Source of the DNA: Hemiscyllium ocellatum | Taxonomy: Eukaryota | DNA: 64,000 bases | Direction: 5' to 3' | Assembly (NCBI RefSeq): GCF_020745735.1 | Contig: NC_083445.1 | Coordinates: 1,922,001 to 1,986,000 of the forward strand | Shown here: positions 1 to 12,919 of the stretch, piece after piece | Position numbering within the stretch: position 1 is the first letter of the stretch | Layout: each line of letters starts with the position of its first letter | Made by a program: the position numbers and the translations under genes | Notes under the pieces: model-generated | The model's database searches: none | Seen by the model: the letters and a program-made list of their open reading frames with translations, nothing else | Told to the model about the DNA's origin: nothing

Positions 1-1214
1 TGTTGTGCAATGAACTGGATTTGATCAGGGAACCTGAAGTAAAGGATCCATTTGGAGGCAGTGACCACAATGTGATAAGTTTTAATCTGCAATTTGATAA
101 GGAGAAGGGAGAATCAGGAGTGTCAGTATTGCAGCTGAACAAAGGGAACCATGGATCAATGAGGAAGGAGCTGGCCAAAGTTCAATGGCAGGGATGGCAG
201 CGGAACAACAATGGCAGGAATTTCTGGATATAATACAGAAGGTGCAGGATTGGTTCATTTCAAAGAGGAAGAAAGATCCAAAGGGAAGGCAGGGTTGGCC
301 GTGGCTGACGAGGGAAGTCAAGGACTGTATGAAGATAAAAGAGAAGAAGTACAATATAGCAAAGATGAGCAGGAAGCAGGAGGACTGGGAAACGTTTAAA
401 GAGCAACAAAGGATAACTAAAAAGGCAATACGCAGAGAAAAAAAATGAGGTACACAGGTAAACTCTCCAAATATATAAAGGAGAATAATAAAAGCTGTTT
501 TCGGTATGTGAAAAGGAAAAAAAATGGTTAAGACTAAAATTGGGCCCTTGAAGACAGGAATGGGTGAATTTATTATGGGGAAGAAGGAAATGGCAGAAGA
601 GTTGAATAGGTACTTTGGATCTGTCTTCACTGGGGAAGACATAAGCAATCTCCCAGATGTAATAGTGGCTGAAGGACCTAGGGTAATGGATGAACTGTAG
701 GGAATTTATATTAGGCAGGAAATAATGTTGGTTACATTGTTAAGGTATGAAGGCTGATAAGTCCCCAGGAGCTGATAGTCTGCATCCCAGGGTACATAAG
801 GAGGTGGCTCTAGAAATCATGGATGCAATGGTAATCATTTTCCAATGTTCTATAGATTCAGGATCAGTTCCTATAGACTGGATGGTGGCTAATGTTGTCC
901 CACTTTTCCAGAAGGGAGGGAGAGAGAAAGTAGGGAATTATAGCCTGATGTCAGTGGTGGGAAAGATGCTGGAGTCAGTTACAAAAGACGAAATTACGAC
1001 TCTCTTGGATAGCAGTGACAGGATAGGTCAGAGTCAGCATGGATTTACGCAGGAGAAATTGTGCTTGACTAATCTTCTGGAATTTTTTGAGGATATAACT
1101 ATGAAGATGGACAAGGGAAAGCCAGTGGACGTAGTGTACCTGGACTTTCAGAAAGCCTTTGTTAAAGTCCCACATAGGAGGTTAGTGAGCAAAATTAGGG
1201 CGCATAATATAGGG
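1..1214 (+). mobile_element. CR1-clade LINE, ORF2 fragment (endonuclease end to RT start); 5' part of a copy split by the Penelope insertion
   Basis: Translations contain GSDHNVISF (EN end), KSPGADSLHPRV, ANVVPLFQKGGR..GNY and VDVVYLDFQKAF (CR1 RT motif A), with frameshifts and stops. The element resumes at 5630. Confidence 0.93.
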
Positions 1215-3164
1215 CTGAAAATGTGTTGCTGGTTAAAGCGCAGCAGGTCAGGCAGCATCCAAGGAACAGGAAATTCAACATTTCGGGCATAAGCCCTTCA
1301 TCAGGAATGAGGAGAGGGTGGCAGGCAGGTTAAGATAAAAGGTAGGGAGGAGGGACTTGGGGGAGGGGCGATGGAGATGTGATAGGTGGAAGGAGGTCAA
1401 GGTGAGGGTGATAGGCTGGACTGGGGTGGGGGCAGAGAGGTCAGGAAGAAGATTGCAGGTTAGGAAGGTGGTGCTGAGTTCGAGGGAATCGACTGAGACA
1501 AGGTGGGGAGAGGGGAAATGAGGAAACTGGAGAAATCTGAGTTCATCCCTTGTGGTTGGAGGCTTCCCAGGCAGAAGATGAGGCGCTCTTCCTCCAACCG
1601 TCATGTTCTTATAGTCTGGCGATGGAGGAATCCAAGGACCTGCATGTCCTTGGTGGAGTGGGAGGGGGAGTTAAAGTGTTGAGCCACGGGGTGGTTGGGT
1701 TGGTTGGTCCAGGTGTCCCAGAGGTGTTCCCTGAAGCGTTCCGCAAGTAGGCGGCCCATCTCCCCAATAGAGAGGAGGCCACATTGGGTGCAGCGGATGC
1801 AATAGATGATGTGTATGGAGGTGCAGGTGAATTTGTGGCGGATATGGAAGGATCCCTTGGGGCCTTGGAGAGAGGTAAGGGAGGAGGTGTGGGCGCAAGT
1901 TTTGCATTTCCTGCAGTTGCAGGGGAAGGTGCCAGGAGTGGAGGTTGGGTTGGTGGGGGTGTGGACCTGACGAGGGAGTCACGGAGGGAGTGGTCTTTTC
2001 GGAATGCTGATAGGGGAGGGGAGGGAAATATATCCCTGGTGGTGGGGTCCGTTTGGAGGTGGCGGAAATGACGGCGGATGATACGCTGTATACGGAGGTT
2101 GGTGGGGTGGTAGGTGAGAACCAGTGGGGTTCTGTCCTGGTGGCGGTTGGAGGGGCGGGGCTCAAGGACGGAGGAGCGGGAAGTGGAGGAGATGCGGTGG
2201 AGGGAATTGTCGATCACGTCTGGGGGGAATCTGCGGTCTCTGAAGAAGGAGGCCATCTGGTATTGGAACTGGTCCTCCTGGGAGCAGATGCGGCGGAGAT
2301 GAAGGAATTGGGAATATGGGATGGCGTTTTTACAGGGGGCAGGGTGGGAGGAGGTGTAGTCTAGGTAGTTGTGGGAGTCAGTCGGTTTATAGTAGATGTC
2401 TGCGATGATTTGGTCGCCTGAGATAGAAATGGAAAGGTCTAGGAAGGGGAGGGAGGAGTCTGAGACGGTCCAGGTGAATTTGAGGTCGGGATGGAAGGTG
2501 TTGGTAAAGTGGATGAACTGTTCAACCTCCTCGTGGGAGCACGAGGCAGCGCCGATACAGTCATCGATGTAGCGGAGGAAAAGGTGGGGGGTGGTGCCAG
2601 TGTAGTTGCGGAAGATGGACTGTTCCACATATCCTACGAAGAGACAGGCACAGCTGGGGCCCATGCGGGTGCCCATGGCAACTCCTTTAGTTTGAAGGAA
2701 GTGGGAGGATTGGAAAGAGAAGTTGTTCAGGGTGAGGACCAGTTCAGTCAGTCAAAGGAGGGTGTCGGTGAAAGGGTACTGGTTGGTGCGGCGGGAAAGG
2801 AAGAAGCGGAGGGCTTTGAGTCCTTCGTGATGGGGGTTGGAGGTGTACAGGGACTGGATGTCCATCGTGAAGGCGTTGGGGACCGGGGAAGTGAAAATCA
2901 TGGAGGAGGTGGAGGGCGTGGGTGGTGTCCCGAACGTAGGTGGGGAGTTCTTGGACTAAAGGGGACAGAACCGTGTCGAGGTACGCTGAGATGAGTTCGG
3001 TGGGGCAGGAGCAGGCTGAGACAATGGGTCGGCCGGGGCAGTCAGGTTTGTGGATTTTGGGCAGGAGGTAGAAACGGGTGGTGCGGGCCTGTGGGACTAT
3101 GAGGTTGGAGGCGGTGGATGGGAGATCCCCTGAGGTGATGAGGTTATGGATGGTCTGGGAGATG
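1215..3164 (-). mobile_element. Penelope-like element (RT + GIY-YIG), left inverted arm
   Basis: Minus ORF 1609-2676 has MGTRMGPSCACLFVG and FLRYIDD (PLE RT). The arm is the reverse complement of about 3629-5600. Confidence 0.92.
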
Positions 3165-5629
3165 AGGCCTCACCTTCATTCCCCTACGCCCTCGGATTAA
3201 TGAGTTCAACACGCGGCGAGACATTGAACAATTCTTCCGCCGCCTTCACCTCCGTGCCTACTTTTTCAACCAAGACTCCCGCCCACCCTCTGACGACCCC
3301 TTCTCCCGCCTCCAACGCACCCCATCCACCTGGACGCCCTGTGCTGGCCTCTTACCCGCCCTCGATCTCTTTATAGCCAACTGCCGCCGTGACATTAACC
3401 GTCTCAACCTGTCCACCCCTCTTACCCACTCCAACCTCTCACCCTCAGAACGTGCAGCCCTCCACTCCCTCCGCTCCAACCCCAACCTCACCATCAAAGC
3501 AGCAGACAAGGGAGGCGCAGTGGTAGTTTGGCGCACCGACCTTTATACCGCTGAGGCCAAACGCCAGCTCGCAGATGCCTCCTCCTATAGCCCCCTCGAC
3601 CATGACCCCACCTCCCACCACCAAACCATCATCTCCCAGACCATCCATAACCTCATCACCTCAGGGGATGTCCCATCCACCGCCTCCAACCTCATAGTCC
3701 CACAACCCCGCACCGCCCGTTTCTACCTCCTGCCCAAAATCCACAAACCTGCCTGCCCCGGCCGGCCCATTGTCTCAGCCTGCTCCTGCCCCACTGAACT
3801 CATCTCTGCATACCTCGACACAGTTCTATCCCCCTTAGTCCAAGAACTCCCCACCTACGTTCGGGACACCACCCACACCCTCCACCTCCTCCAGGATTTT
3901 CACTTCCCCGGTCCCCAATACCTTATCTTCACGATGGACATCCAGTCCCTGTACACTTCCATCCCCCATCACGAAGGACTCAAAGCCCTCCGCTTCTTCC
4001 TTTCCCGCCGTACCAACCAGTACCCTTCCACCGACACCCTCCTTTGACTGACTGAACTGGTCCTCACCCTGAATACCTTCTCTTTCCAATCCTCCCACTT
4101 CCTCCAAACTAAAGGAGTTGCCATGGGCACCCGCATGGGCCCCAGCTATGCCTGTCTCTTCGTAGGATATGTGGAACAGTCCATCTTCCGCAACTACACT
4201 GGCACCACCCCCCCACCTTTTCCTCCGCTACATCGATGACTGTATCAGCGCTGCCTCGTGCTCCCACGAGGAGGTTGAACAGTTCATCCACTTTACCAAC
4301 ACCTTCCACCCCGACCTCAAATTCACCTGGACCGTCTCAGACTCCTCCCTCCCCTTCCTAGACCTTTCCATTTCTATCTCAGGCGACCGAATCATCACAG
4401 ACATCTACTATAAACCGACTGACTCCCACAACTACCTAGACTACACCTCCTCCCACCCTGCCCCCTGTAAAAACACCATCCCATATTCCCAATTCCTTCG
4501 TCTCCGCCGCATCTGCTCCCACGAGGACCAGTTCCAATACCGTACAGCCCAGATGGCCTCCTTCTTCAAAGACTGCAATTTCCCCCCAGACGTGATCAAC
4601 GATGCCCTCCACTGCATCTCCTCCACTTCCCACTCCTCCGCCCTTGAGCCCCGCTCTCCAACCGCCACCAGGACAGAACCCCACTGGTTCTCACCTACCA
4701 CCCCACCAACCTCCTTATACAGCATATCATCCGCCGTCATTTCCGCCACCTCCAAACGGTCCCCACCACCAGGGATATATTTCCCTCCCCTCCTCTATCA
4801 GCATTCCGAAAAGACCACTCCCTCCGTGACTCCCTCGTCAGGTCCACACCCCCCACCAACCCAACCTCCACTCCCGGCACCTTCCCCTGCAACCGCAGGA
4901 AATGCAAAATTTGCGCCCACACCTCCTCCCTTACCTCTCTCCAAGGCCCCAAGGGATCCTTCCATATCCGCCACAAATTCACCTGCACCTCCATACACAT
5001 CATCTATTGCATCCGCTGCACCCAATGTGGCCTCCTCTATATTGGGGAGACGGGCCGCCTACTTGCGGAACGCTTCAGGGAACACCTCTGGGACATCGGA
5101 CCAACCAACCCAACCACCCCGTGGCTCAACACTTTAACTCCCCCTCCCACTCCACCAAGGACATGCAGGTCCTTGGACTCCTCCATCGCCAGAACATAAC
5201 AACACGATGGTTGGAGGAAGAGCGCCTCATCTTCTGCCTGGGAAGCCTCCAACCACAAGGGATGAACTCAGATTTCTCCAGTTTCCTCATTTCCTCTCCC
5301 CCCACCTTGTCTCAGTCCCAACCCTCGAACTCAGCACCACCTTCGTAACCTGCAATCTTCTTCCTGACCTCTCCGCCCCCACCCCACTCCGGCCTACCAC
5401 CCTCACCTTGACCTCCTTCCACCTATCACATCTCCATTGCCCTTCCCCCAAGTCCTCCTCCCTACCTTTTATCTTAGCCTGCTGGACACACTTTCCTCAT
5501 TCCTGATGAAGGGCTTATGTCCGAAACGTCGAATTTCCTGTTCCTTGGATGCTGCCTAACCTGCTGTGCTTTAACCAGCAACACATTTTTAGCTCTGATC
5601 TCCAGCATCTGCAGACCTCACTTTTTACA
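3165..5629 (+). mobile_element. Penelope-like element (RT + GIY-YIG), right arm
   Basis: TMDIQSLYTSIPH (RT motif A), GVAMGTRMGPSYACLFVG, FLRYIDD, and RCTQCGLLYIGETGRLLAERFREHL (GIY-YIG), all with frameshifts. The full 3' tail ends ...CTGCAGACCTCACTTTTTAC. Confidence 0.93.
5499..5534 (+). ncRNA. Minimal type I hammerhead ribozyme motif in the PLE 3' terminus
   Basis: AUUC-CUGAUGA-A-GGGC(UUAU)GUCC-GAAA-CGUC/GAAU. Core CUGANGA and GAAA are present, helix I is AUUC:GAAU, helix II has 4 bp, helix III is the palindrome ACGU, and the GUC triplet ends at 5530. Confidence 0.75.
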
Positions 5630-6760
5630 CATAATGTAGGGGGCAAAATACTGACTTGGACTGGAAATTGGCTGACTGACAGGAAGCAAAGAATAGTGAT
5701 AAACGGCTGCCTTTCGGAATGGCAGGTGGTGATAGTTGGGTACCACAAGGTTCGGTGCTGGGACCACAGCTGTTTACAATATACATTAATGATATAGGTG
5801 AAGATATTAAAAGTATTATTCGCAAATTTGCTGATGATGCAAAAGCTGGGTGGCACGGTGAAATGTGATGAGGATGTTAGGAGAATACAGGGTGATTTGG
5901 ACAGGCTAGGTGAGTGGATGGATGCATGGCAGATGCAGTTTAATGTGGATAAATGTCTGGTTATCCACTTTGGTGCAAGAACAGGAAGGCAGATTACTAT
6001 CTAAATGGAGTCAAGTTCGGTAAAGGGGCAGTACAGAGAGATCTGGGTGTTCTTGTACATCAGTCAATGAAAGCAAGCATGCAGGTACAGCAGGCAGTGA
6101 AGAAGGCTAATAGCATGCTGGCCTTCATAACAAGAGGGATTGAGTATAGAAGCAAAGAGGTTCTTCTGCAACTGGACAGGGCCCTGGTGAGACCGCACCT
6201 GGAATATTGTGTGCAGTTTTGGTCTCCAAATTTGTGGAAAGACATTCTGGCTATTGAGGGAGTGCAGCATAGGTTCATGAGGTCAATTCCTGGAATGGCG
6301 GACTACCTTAAGCTGAAAGATTGGAGCGACTGAGCTTGTATACGCTTGAGTTTAGAAGGCTGAGAGGGGATCTGATTGAGACGTATAGGAGTATTAAAGG
6401 ATTGGACACTCTGGAGGCAGGAAGCATGTTTCCGCTGATGGGTGAGTCCAGAATCAGAGGACACAGCTTAAATATAAGGGATAGGCCATTTAGAACAGAG
6501 TTGAGGAGAAACTTCTTCACCCAGAGAGTGGTGGGTGTATGGAATGCTCTGCCCCAGAAGGCTGTGGAGGCCCAGTCTCTGGATACTTTCAAGAAAGAGT
6601 TGGATAGAGTTCTTTAAAGATAGTGGTATCAAGGGTCATGGGGATAAGGCAGGAACAGGATACTGATTGTGGATGATCAGCCATGGTCATAATGAATGGT
6701 GGTGCTGGCTCAAAGGGCAGAATGGCCTACTCCTGCACCTATTGTCTATTGTCTATTGTT
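5630..6760 (+). mobile_element. CR1 LINE 3' half (RT C-terminus, 3' UTR, (CTATTGT)n tail)
   Basis: KFADDAK region, LVRPHLEYCVQFWSP and FFTQRVV.VWNALP; tandem CTATTGT tail at about 6738-6759. It continues the copy interrupted at 1214. Confidence 0.93.
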
Positions 6761-6832
6761 TTCAGTTCAGATTCGAGTATCTGCAGTAATTTGCTGTTTT
6801 ATTGTGTGCAGTGTTTAACTTTAGCTCCTGAA

Positions 6833-6962
6833 GGATTCCTGAAGAAGGCCTTATGCCCGAAACGTCGATTCTCCTGCTCCTTTGATGCTGCCTGACCTGC
6901 TGTGCTTTTCCAGCAATACATTTTTCAGCTCTGATCTCCAGCATCTGCAGTCCTCACTTTTT
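6833..6962 (+). mobile_element. Solo PLE 3' terminus with hammerhead-like motif
   Basis: ATTCCTGAAGAAGGCCTTATGCCCGAAACGTCGATT...CCAGCATCTGCAGTCCTCACTTT; same family as the terminus at 5499-5629. Confidence 0.85.
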
Positions 6963-7379
6963 CCTAGTGTTTAACTTTAGTCAAACACAGCACCAAAGCA
7001 CAGGTACAGAGCAAAGTGAGATTTGGCTGATTATACAATTGCAACCAACTATGAATGCCAAAACTCACCAGTCTGATGATAAATCTCTGATTGATTCCTC
7101 CGCAGTTGTCCAAGTGGGTCACAACAACCTATCCATTCAAGATAATAAAACAAAGATGCTGGAACCTGAAACTAACAAAAACTAAAACTGCTGGAGAAAC
7201 TCAGCAGATCTGGCAGCACCTGTGGAGAGAGAACAGAGTTAACATTTCAAGTCTAGTGACCCTTCTGGATGGAACTGTTCTTTCAAAATTTCAGACAACA
7301 GCCTACTTGTAAAAAAAATTCAGAACTACTCACTGCCACTTAAAAATGAAACTAAACTGGTGTCTTCTTCACCCACACA

Positions 7380-8143
7380 ATCAGTACAGAAAGACAATTC
7401 AAAGTTAAAGCTGCATATGGTTTGCTGTTCTGAACTGAGAGCTTACAAGCACCTGTCATATGGCTAGCTGGCAGTCCCAGAGTGCACTGGAAAATTGAAA
7501 ATATGTAACATTTGGCTGTGAAATGGATACCTGAGTTTTGGTTGCTGTTTTAACAACAATTCGAATGCAACCAATCAGCTTAAGTTATGCCCCAGGATAC
7601 TAAAACCCAATTGAGTTTGAATTTATTGTTTTGCCAACATTGATCCAATGAGATGATCAGATGTTAGAGATATAAAAATGCAGACATTTTGAAAACTGCA
7701 GAGAGAGCAACTGCCATCCAGAGAGACCCAAGAAATTAGGAAACACTACCTAATAAAGGTACCTTTTCAGATGAAACATACTCACTGTAAAAAGTAAAAA
7801 AGACAACCTAGGTAGATCAGCAGCTGGAGGAGTGAAGTCACAGAAGATGACGGACACTGTGTGGTTTTGTAATTAAGTTGATATAATTTTATAAATATCT
7901 CATTGGAACAGCATACTGTTAGAGAGTTGGAGGTAGGTAATAACCAGTTAAGAGAAAGGGGTCATGGAGTTGTGAACACTTGTTTAATGTTCACCTTTTG
8001 AGTTAAAGAATAAATTAAGATTATTTTCTTTAAATAGTGGAATTTGAGAGTTCTCTGTCACTCATATTTAACAGATTATGAGGTGAGGTGAGCTTTTCTG
8101 TGGGTTTGGTTTCATTAACAGAAGGGTTCACCACCATACCATA
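7380..8143 (+). mobile_element. Possible solo LTR
   Basis: TATA-like GATATAAAAA near 7669, AATAAA near 8008, and an end in ...CCATAACA. The 5' boundary is uncertain. Confidence 0.35.
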
Positions 8144-8556
8144 ACACCAAGGATTTGCTGACAGCATCATTTACATGAAACAAATACTCAAAACATTTCT
8201 TTGGATCTATTAGAAAATATGCTAATTGCCTGATCCTAAGTCATAGACAAGAGTCATGTACAAGAAAGGTGCTCCAGTATTTGGTTCACACCAGCTTCCA
8301 AAAAAGCACTCACCAACTTGAAACCCTGCAGGTTGACTTCCTTCAAGTTCCCATCCAATTTTCTTTGGAAATTATTAAGTTTTCTCACTTCACCATCCCC
8401 CTGGGCAGTGGGTTCCAGGTCATTAGCACTCACTGCAGACCAAGTTCTTCCTTGCTTTCAATCTGCACTTCCGGTCCAAAATCTGAAATCTGTGACGTCT
8501 GATTCTTGTGCCATCAGCTAATGCAGAGATTTTTCCTTGTCTAACATACCCAAGAG

Positions 8557-8667
8557 TTCATGCCCGAAACGTCGATTCTCCTGCTCCTTGGATGCTGCCT
8601 GACCTGCTGCGTTTTTCCAGCAACACCTTTTCAGCTCTGATCTCCAGCATCTGCAGTCCTCACTTTC
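8557..8667 (+). mobile_element. 5'-truncated PLE 3' terminus
   Basis: ATGCCCGAAACGTCGATTCTCCTGCTCC...CTGCAGTCCTCACTTT matches 6855-6960. Confidence 0.85.
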
Positions 8668-9602
8668 TCCCAATGGACAAGTGCACAGAAATCAAAGGGA
8701 CCAAGATTCCTTCTTCCTTTCTGCTATTCAACTTCCTTTCAGCTAATTTATATCTTAACTCCATCTACTCATTTTGTTTCAGAACATTCTTTATGTTTTC
8801 TGTTCATTTCCTAGTTAGAATAAAGACCGAAGTATCTGGCTCATTCCTAATTGCCCCAGCAATTGATGGTGAGCCACTTTATTAAGCTGCCGTCGTCTAC
8901 CACAGTTCTGTTAGACCCTGAATTCTTGGATCTTCACCTAGTGATACTGAAGGAACGGTAATATATTTCCAAGTCAGGATGGTTAATGGCTTGGAGAGGA
9001 ATTTGTAGATCGTGGTGCTCCCATGTTTCTGCTGCCCTTGCCATTCCTGATGGTAGTGGCTACAGATGCAGGCGGGGAGGGGGAATCTCATGAAGGAGCT
9101 TGGTGAGTTGCTGCAGGAGTTCATGTATTTCCTCGCCTAAGGTTACATTATGATGAATGATAAACACTTGAACTAAAAATATGCAGGAGAACTAGAACCA
9201 TGTTGAAGAAAAGAATTGACAGCTATGTGGGGTTTGAACTTGTTAGTAGAATCGATCAGAGGGAATGGAGAAGATTTCTCAACAGAATTGCCTCCTTTGT
9301 CGTCTCATTTTATGGTTTGGTTCAGCAACAATTTTATATGTTGTTATTGAAAACAGTGTGCATTTCAGTGCTATTAAATCAGAATCCCAACTCCATGTTC
9401 TTGCCATAGTGCAGAGCATGATGCATGAAAGAGAATTTGTTCACTGCTTGATGGGCCAGGCACAGGCTGGGATAAACTTTACTGCACACAAGGACTATTT
9501 ATATATGGAATGAAAAATAGATGTGTTGAAAGGAAACAAGAGTAGAACTGGAGTTTTCAGAGACATATTATTTCAAAGAATCCTGTTAACTGTTTTTCAT
9601 AG

Positions 9603-9917
9603 ATCGAGAGATAAACATTACAGTACTCCCTGAAGTGCTGGAGATTAACAGGACATATCATCTGGAGTGCATTGGTCCAAGAGTCTATCCAAACAACAAA
9701 CTCATTCTCACATGGCTGAGAGGGAGTGAGATTGTTCAGAGAGATTCCACAGGCAAACCAGGTCTTCCGGATGAAGATAAAAGGTTGAGAAATGTCTTCA
9801 ATGTCGTTGCGAGTCAATCAGATGATGGACAGGAGTACACCTGCTTGGCTGAAGTGGACTTGGGCTCTAACACCACAAAGTCAATCACAAACTCTTCTGT
9901 CACTCTGCAAACTTACG
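9603..9917 (+). CDS. ICAM-like gene 1, Ig domain D2 exon
   Basis: Acceptor ttttcatAG at 9601-9602, donor GTAAGT at 9918, 315 nt, phase 1-1. REINITVLPEVLEINRTYHLECIGPRVYPNNKLILTWLRG...DDGQEYTCLAEVDLGS...VTLQTY is collinear with ICAM D2 (TLRC...LLRG...FSC..ELDL...LQTF). Confidence 0.93.
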
Positions 9918-10854
9918 GTAAGTTCCAATTGCACAAGAAATGCTCTCTTTGTTGAGAGAATATCAAAGATTCAATATCTATAACTTGTTGAGAATAAGCA
10001 ATGGGAAGCAATATGTAAATGTTCTACAAACCTTTAAGCCTGTCAGAGAGTGTGCAAAATCTAGTCCAAAAAAGTCAATAAAGTCTTTACGAGGGAGATA
10101 AACATAAGAAACAGGTGTGGGAATATGCCATTTAGCTCCTTGAGCCTACTCTGCTGTTCAATAACTAATCTTTGACTGTAGCCCCATGTCCTTACCCATT
10201 CCCACATCTCTTGATTCTCCTTCTTCGAGGTGGAGAGCTCAAGTTGGAGAATGTTCTGACTTGCCAGACATTCCATTGGTTAAAGTGTATTGATGGGCGC
10301 TCCTTCCACTTTCAGGAACACTGGGTGGCTGAGGCAGTCACCCCTTGCTTTGCCACATGGCAGCCAGCAGATTCCTGAGAGTGACAGGAATTTCTGAAGG
10401 AATTTCACCTAGCTGCCTTAAACATCACTCAATGATGAGGAGAGGGGGGTGATAAATAGTTCAGAAAACCTCATTATAAAGAGAGGGCAAAGAAAACTAC
10501 AAAGATCTACACCTGGGTTATGAACACTTAGCCGGGTTGTTACAGACAGAGGCAAGTAAAGATCACACTGAAGATAAATCAGGAGTGCATTATTATGGCC
10601 TGCTCAGAGTGACTGGCACACATGAAACAGATGTAGCATTTGAAATGCCTGAAAAGTAACAAGAATTAATTTAAAAATAAAAGAGTTGAGCTCCTCCAGA
10701 TGACTCCAGTTTTCTGACTATGAGTGAATGTGATAAATTCCTGGAGTGGTGTATTGTCCAATACCTACACTGGTCAGTTTCCTACTCTGTCCATTAAAAA
10801 CTGAAACACACTGCAGCAAATTAAAATGAAGTGAATTTCTTGTCTGTATTACAG

Positions 10855-11148
10855 CTTTCATGGATCAGCCGAGAATCCTGGACAAAAGACCCAAAGAAGT
10901 GAAGCGAGAGGTCACATTAACATGTGAGGTCTCAAATGTCTATCCTGCTGAGAAGATGAGAGTAAGATGGTTTCAGGATGGTGTGGAACTGAACTCAAAT
11001 ACCACAAGGCCAAATTCCAACACTGTCCGAATAACAGCAGCATGGACACCACAGGAATCTGGTCTGATGGAAGTCGTCTGTATGGCCGATTTTGAGAAAT
11101 ATCCATCAATTCCCCCAAAGAATGATAGTGCTTTCATTGAGGTGTATG
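10855..11148 (+). CDS. ICAM-like gene 1, Ig domain D3 exon
   Basis: Acceptor tattacAG, donor GTAAGA at 11149, 294 nt, phase 1-1. AFMDQPRIL...EVTLTCEVSNVYPAEK...W...EVVCMADF...FIEVY resembles ICAM D3. Confidence 0.93.
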
Positions 11149-12631
11149 GTAAGAATTCTGGTTGTGGGGGAGTTTAAAATCAGACAATATTCTGATAGTT
11201 CATCACTGTCAACAATACAACATGTCAGCATTTCCACCACTTTCAGCAACAAAATCCTTTTTATTGAGTGACAAATTGGGAAGCTTGTGGAAATGTTTGT
11301 ATACTCAGACACTTGGTTGAGTAAAGCATAAACATTGGCTAATTAATTGGAATGGTCTGTTTCTGTGCCACATCTTCTATATGACCCTCTGTCAATGAAA
11401 AACATTCTGAGAAAGTCGTAATGACTCGAGGTATTCCAAGATCCTGAGGAAATGTGATTGACATTGTAGGCGCTGCTCATAGGCGAGTGTTACTCACACT
11501 TAGTATTCCAGGATCACAAGAGAATGTTTAAATGTTTAAACAAGTGATCTTATCATTTGGATTATAAACCTGAGGTTTCAGATTGACAAAAGAAAATGGT
11601 GTATGAAAAGAAAAGAGAGAATCTCTAACTGTTAAGGTGTTTTTATCCTCTTGTAACTGAAGTTCCCTAACAACCAAAGTTCCCGACAAGCTGAAATGAT
11701 AAACAGAAGATGCTGGAGAAACTCTTGAGTGTGGTGAACAGTCAATGGACTTGAAATGTTAAGTCTGCTTTCCCTGCATACTTGCTCCTAGAACTGCTGA
11801 GTATCTCCAGCATTGGCAGCTTGTGGGAAGAAACAGGTCGTGACCCTCTTCATGATTGTGGGTTTTGTAGACATTTTCAAGGAGTAGTCAGTGAAACATG
11901 GAGGTCACACATAACAACAAATATCAGAGGAAATATTGCTATCCACCTTTAGACAATGGAATCGTTGAAAGTATTTGTACGACATGGAATATTAAAGCAG
12001 CTGCTGACAAAACAGAACCTTCATGCAGAATGAAACCTCCTGAGAAGCAGTTACCCGTAAAGAAATTGACCAGTGTATATTTTACAATAATGATGAATAT
12101 AGTTTCAAAAGTTGCAAACACAAATGATCAGAGCACCAAATGAAAGAAGAATTTTGCATTCATGTAATCACTTACTCACCCTCAGGAGATCTCGGATTGC
12201 TTCAGAGCCAGAGAATTATTACTGATGAGCAGTTCCATTGTTTCGATTGCACATATCCTCTGGAGTGAACCACTTACAGTAAACACACTGAGAATAAGTG
12301 TTAAATGTGGCTCTTTCAGTGCTTCCAAAATCTTGAGAACAATGAAAATAAATGAGATTGTAGGATTCTACAAAAAGAAATTAGCAGAATCAACAATTCA
12401 ATAGTTTCAGGGGACTTGGGTCAGGATGTATGCTGTCCAGGAAACCAGGAATACTGAGGGAATACAGAAAGATACTGTGGGGCTGTGTACATCTCCCTGA
12501 CACAGCAGTGAAGTGGATAGTGAGTAATAAGCACTGAGTGCAGCCTGCCTTTGTTTCATTGTTATTAACCCCACACTGAGGGACTGCAAGGTACAACAAT
12601 GTTTCTAACAGTATCTTTCTATTATTTTTAG

Positions 12632-12919
12632 CTTTCTCTTCCCCTGAAATCCAAGTACCAACCACCCAGGAAGGAAATCTGGTTAATATTACGTGCCGTG
12701 TGTTGAATGTCTCAGGGGATCTTGAACTCAGACTGAAGAAAGGAAATGACACATTAGTGAATGGATCAAGCAGTACTGGGCTCACTATCTCTCATACAGT
12801 AGAGGCTGAAGCTAAGCTGGATGGACAGCAGTATATCTGTGAAGCTGAACTGAAACTTCAAGATCACTCAATGACGAGCCCTGTTATTAAACAACAGATT
12901 GGAACCCTCCATGTCCTGT
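12632..12919 (+). CDS. ICAM-like gene 1, Ig domain D4 exon
   Basis: Acceptor attatttttAG, donor GTAAGT at 12920, 288 nt, phase 1-1. AFSSPEIQVPTTQEGNLVNITCRV...DGQQYICEAELKL...LHVL resembles ICAM D4. Confidence 0.93.

Noticed and set aside
1550-5506. Many overlapping 60-350 aa ORFs on both strands
   Set aside because: They are alternative frames of the frameshifted PLE ORF, not host genes.
6960-9600. Searched for the gene 1 signal-peptide and D1 exons
   Set aside because: No Cx3C...Cx3C Ig exon was found; they are presumably upstream of the window.
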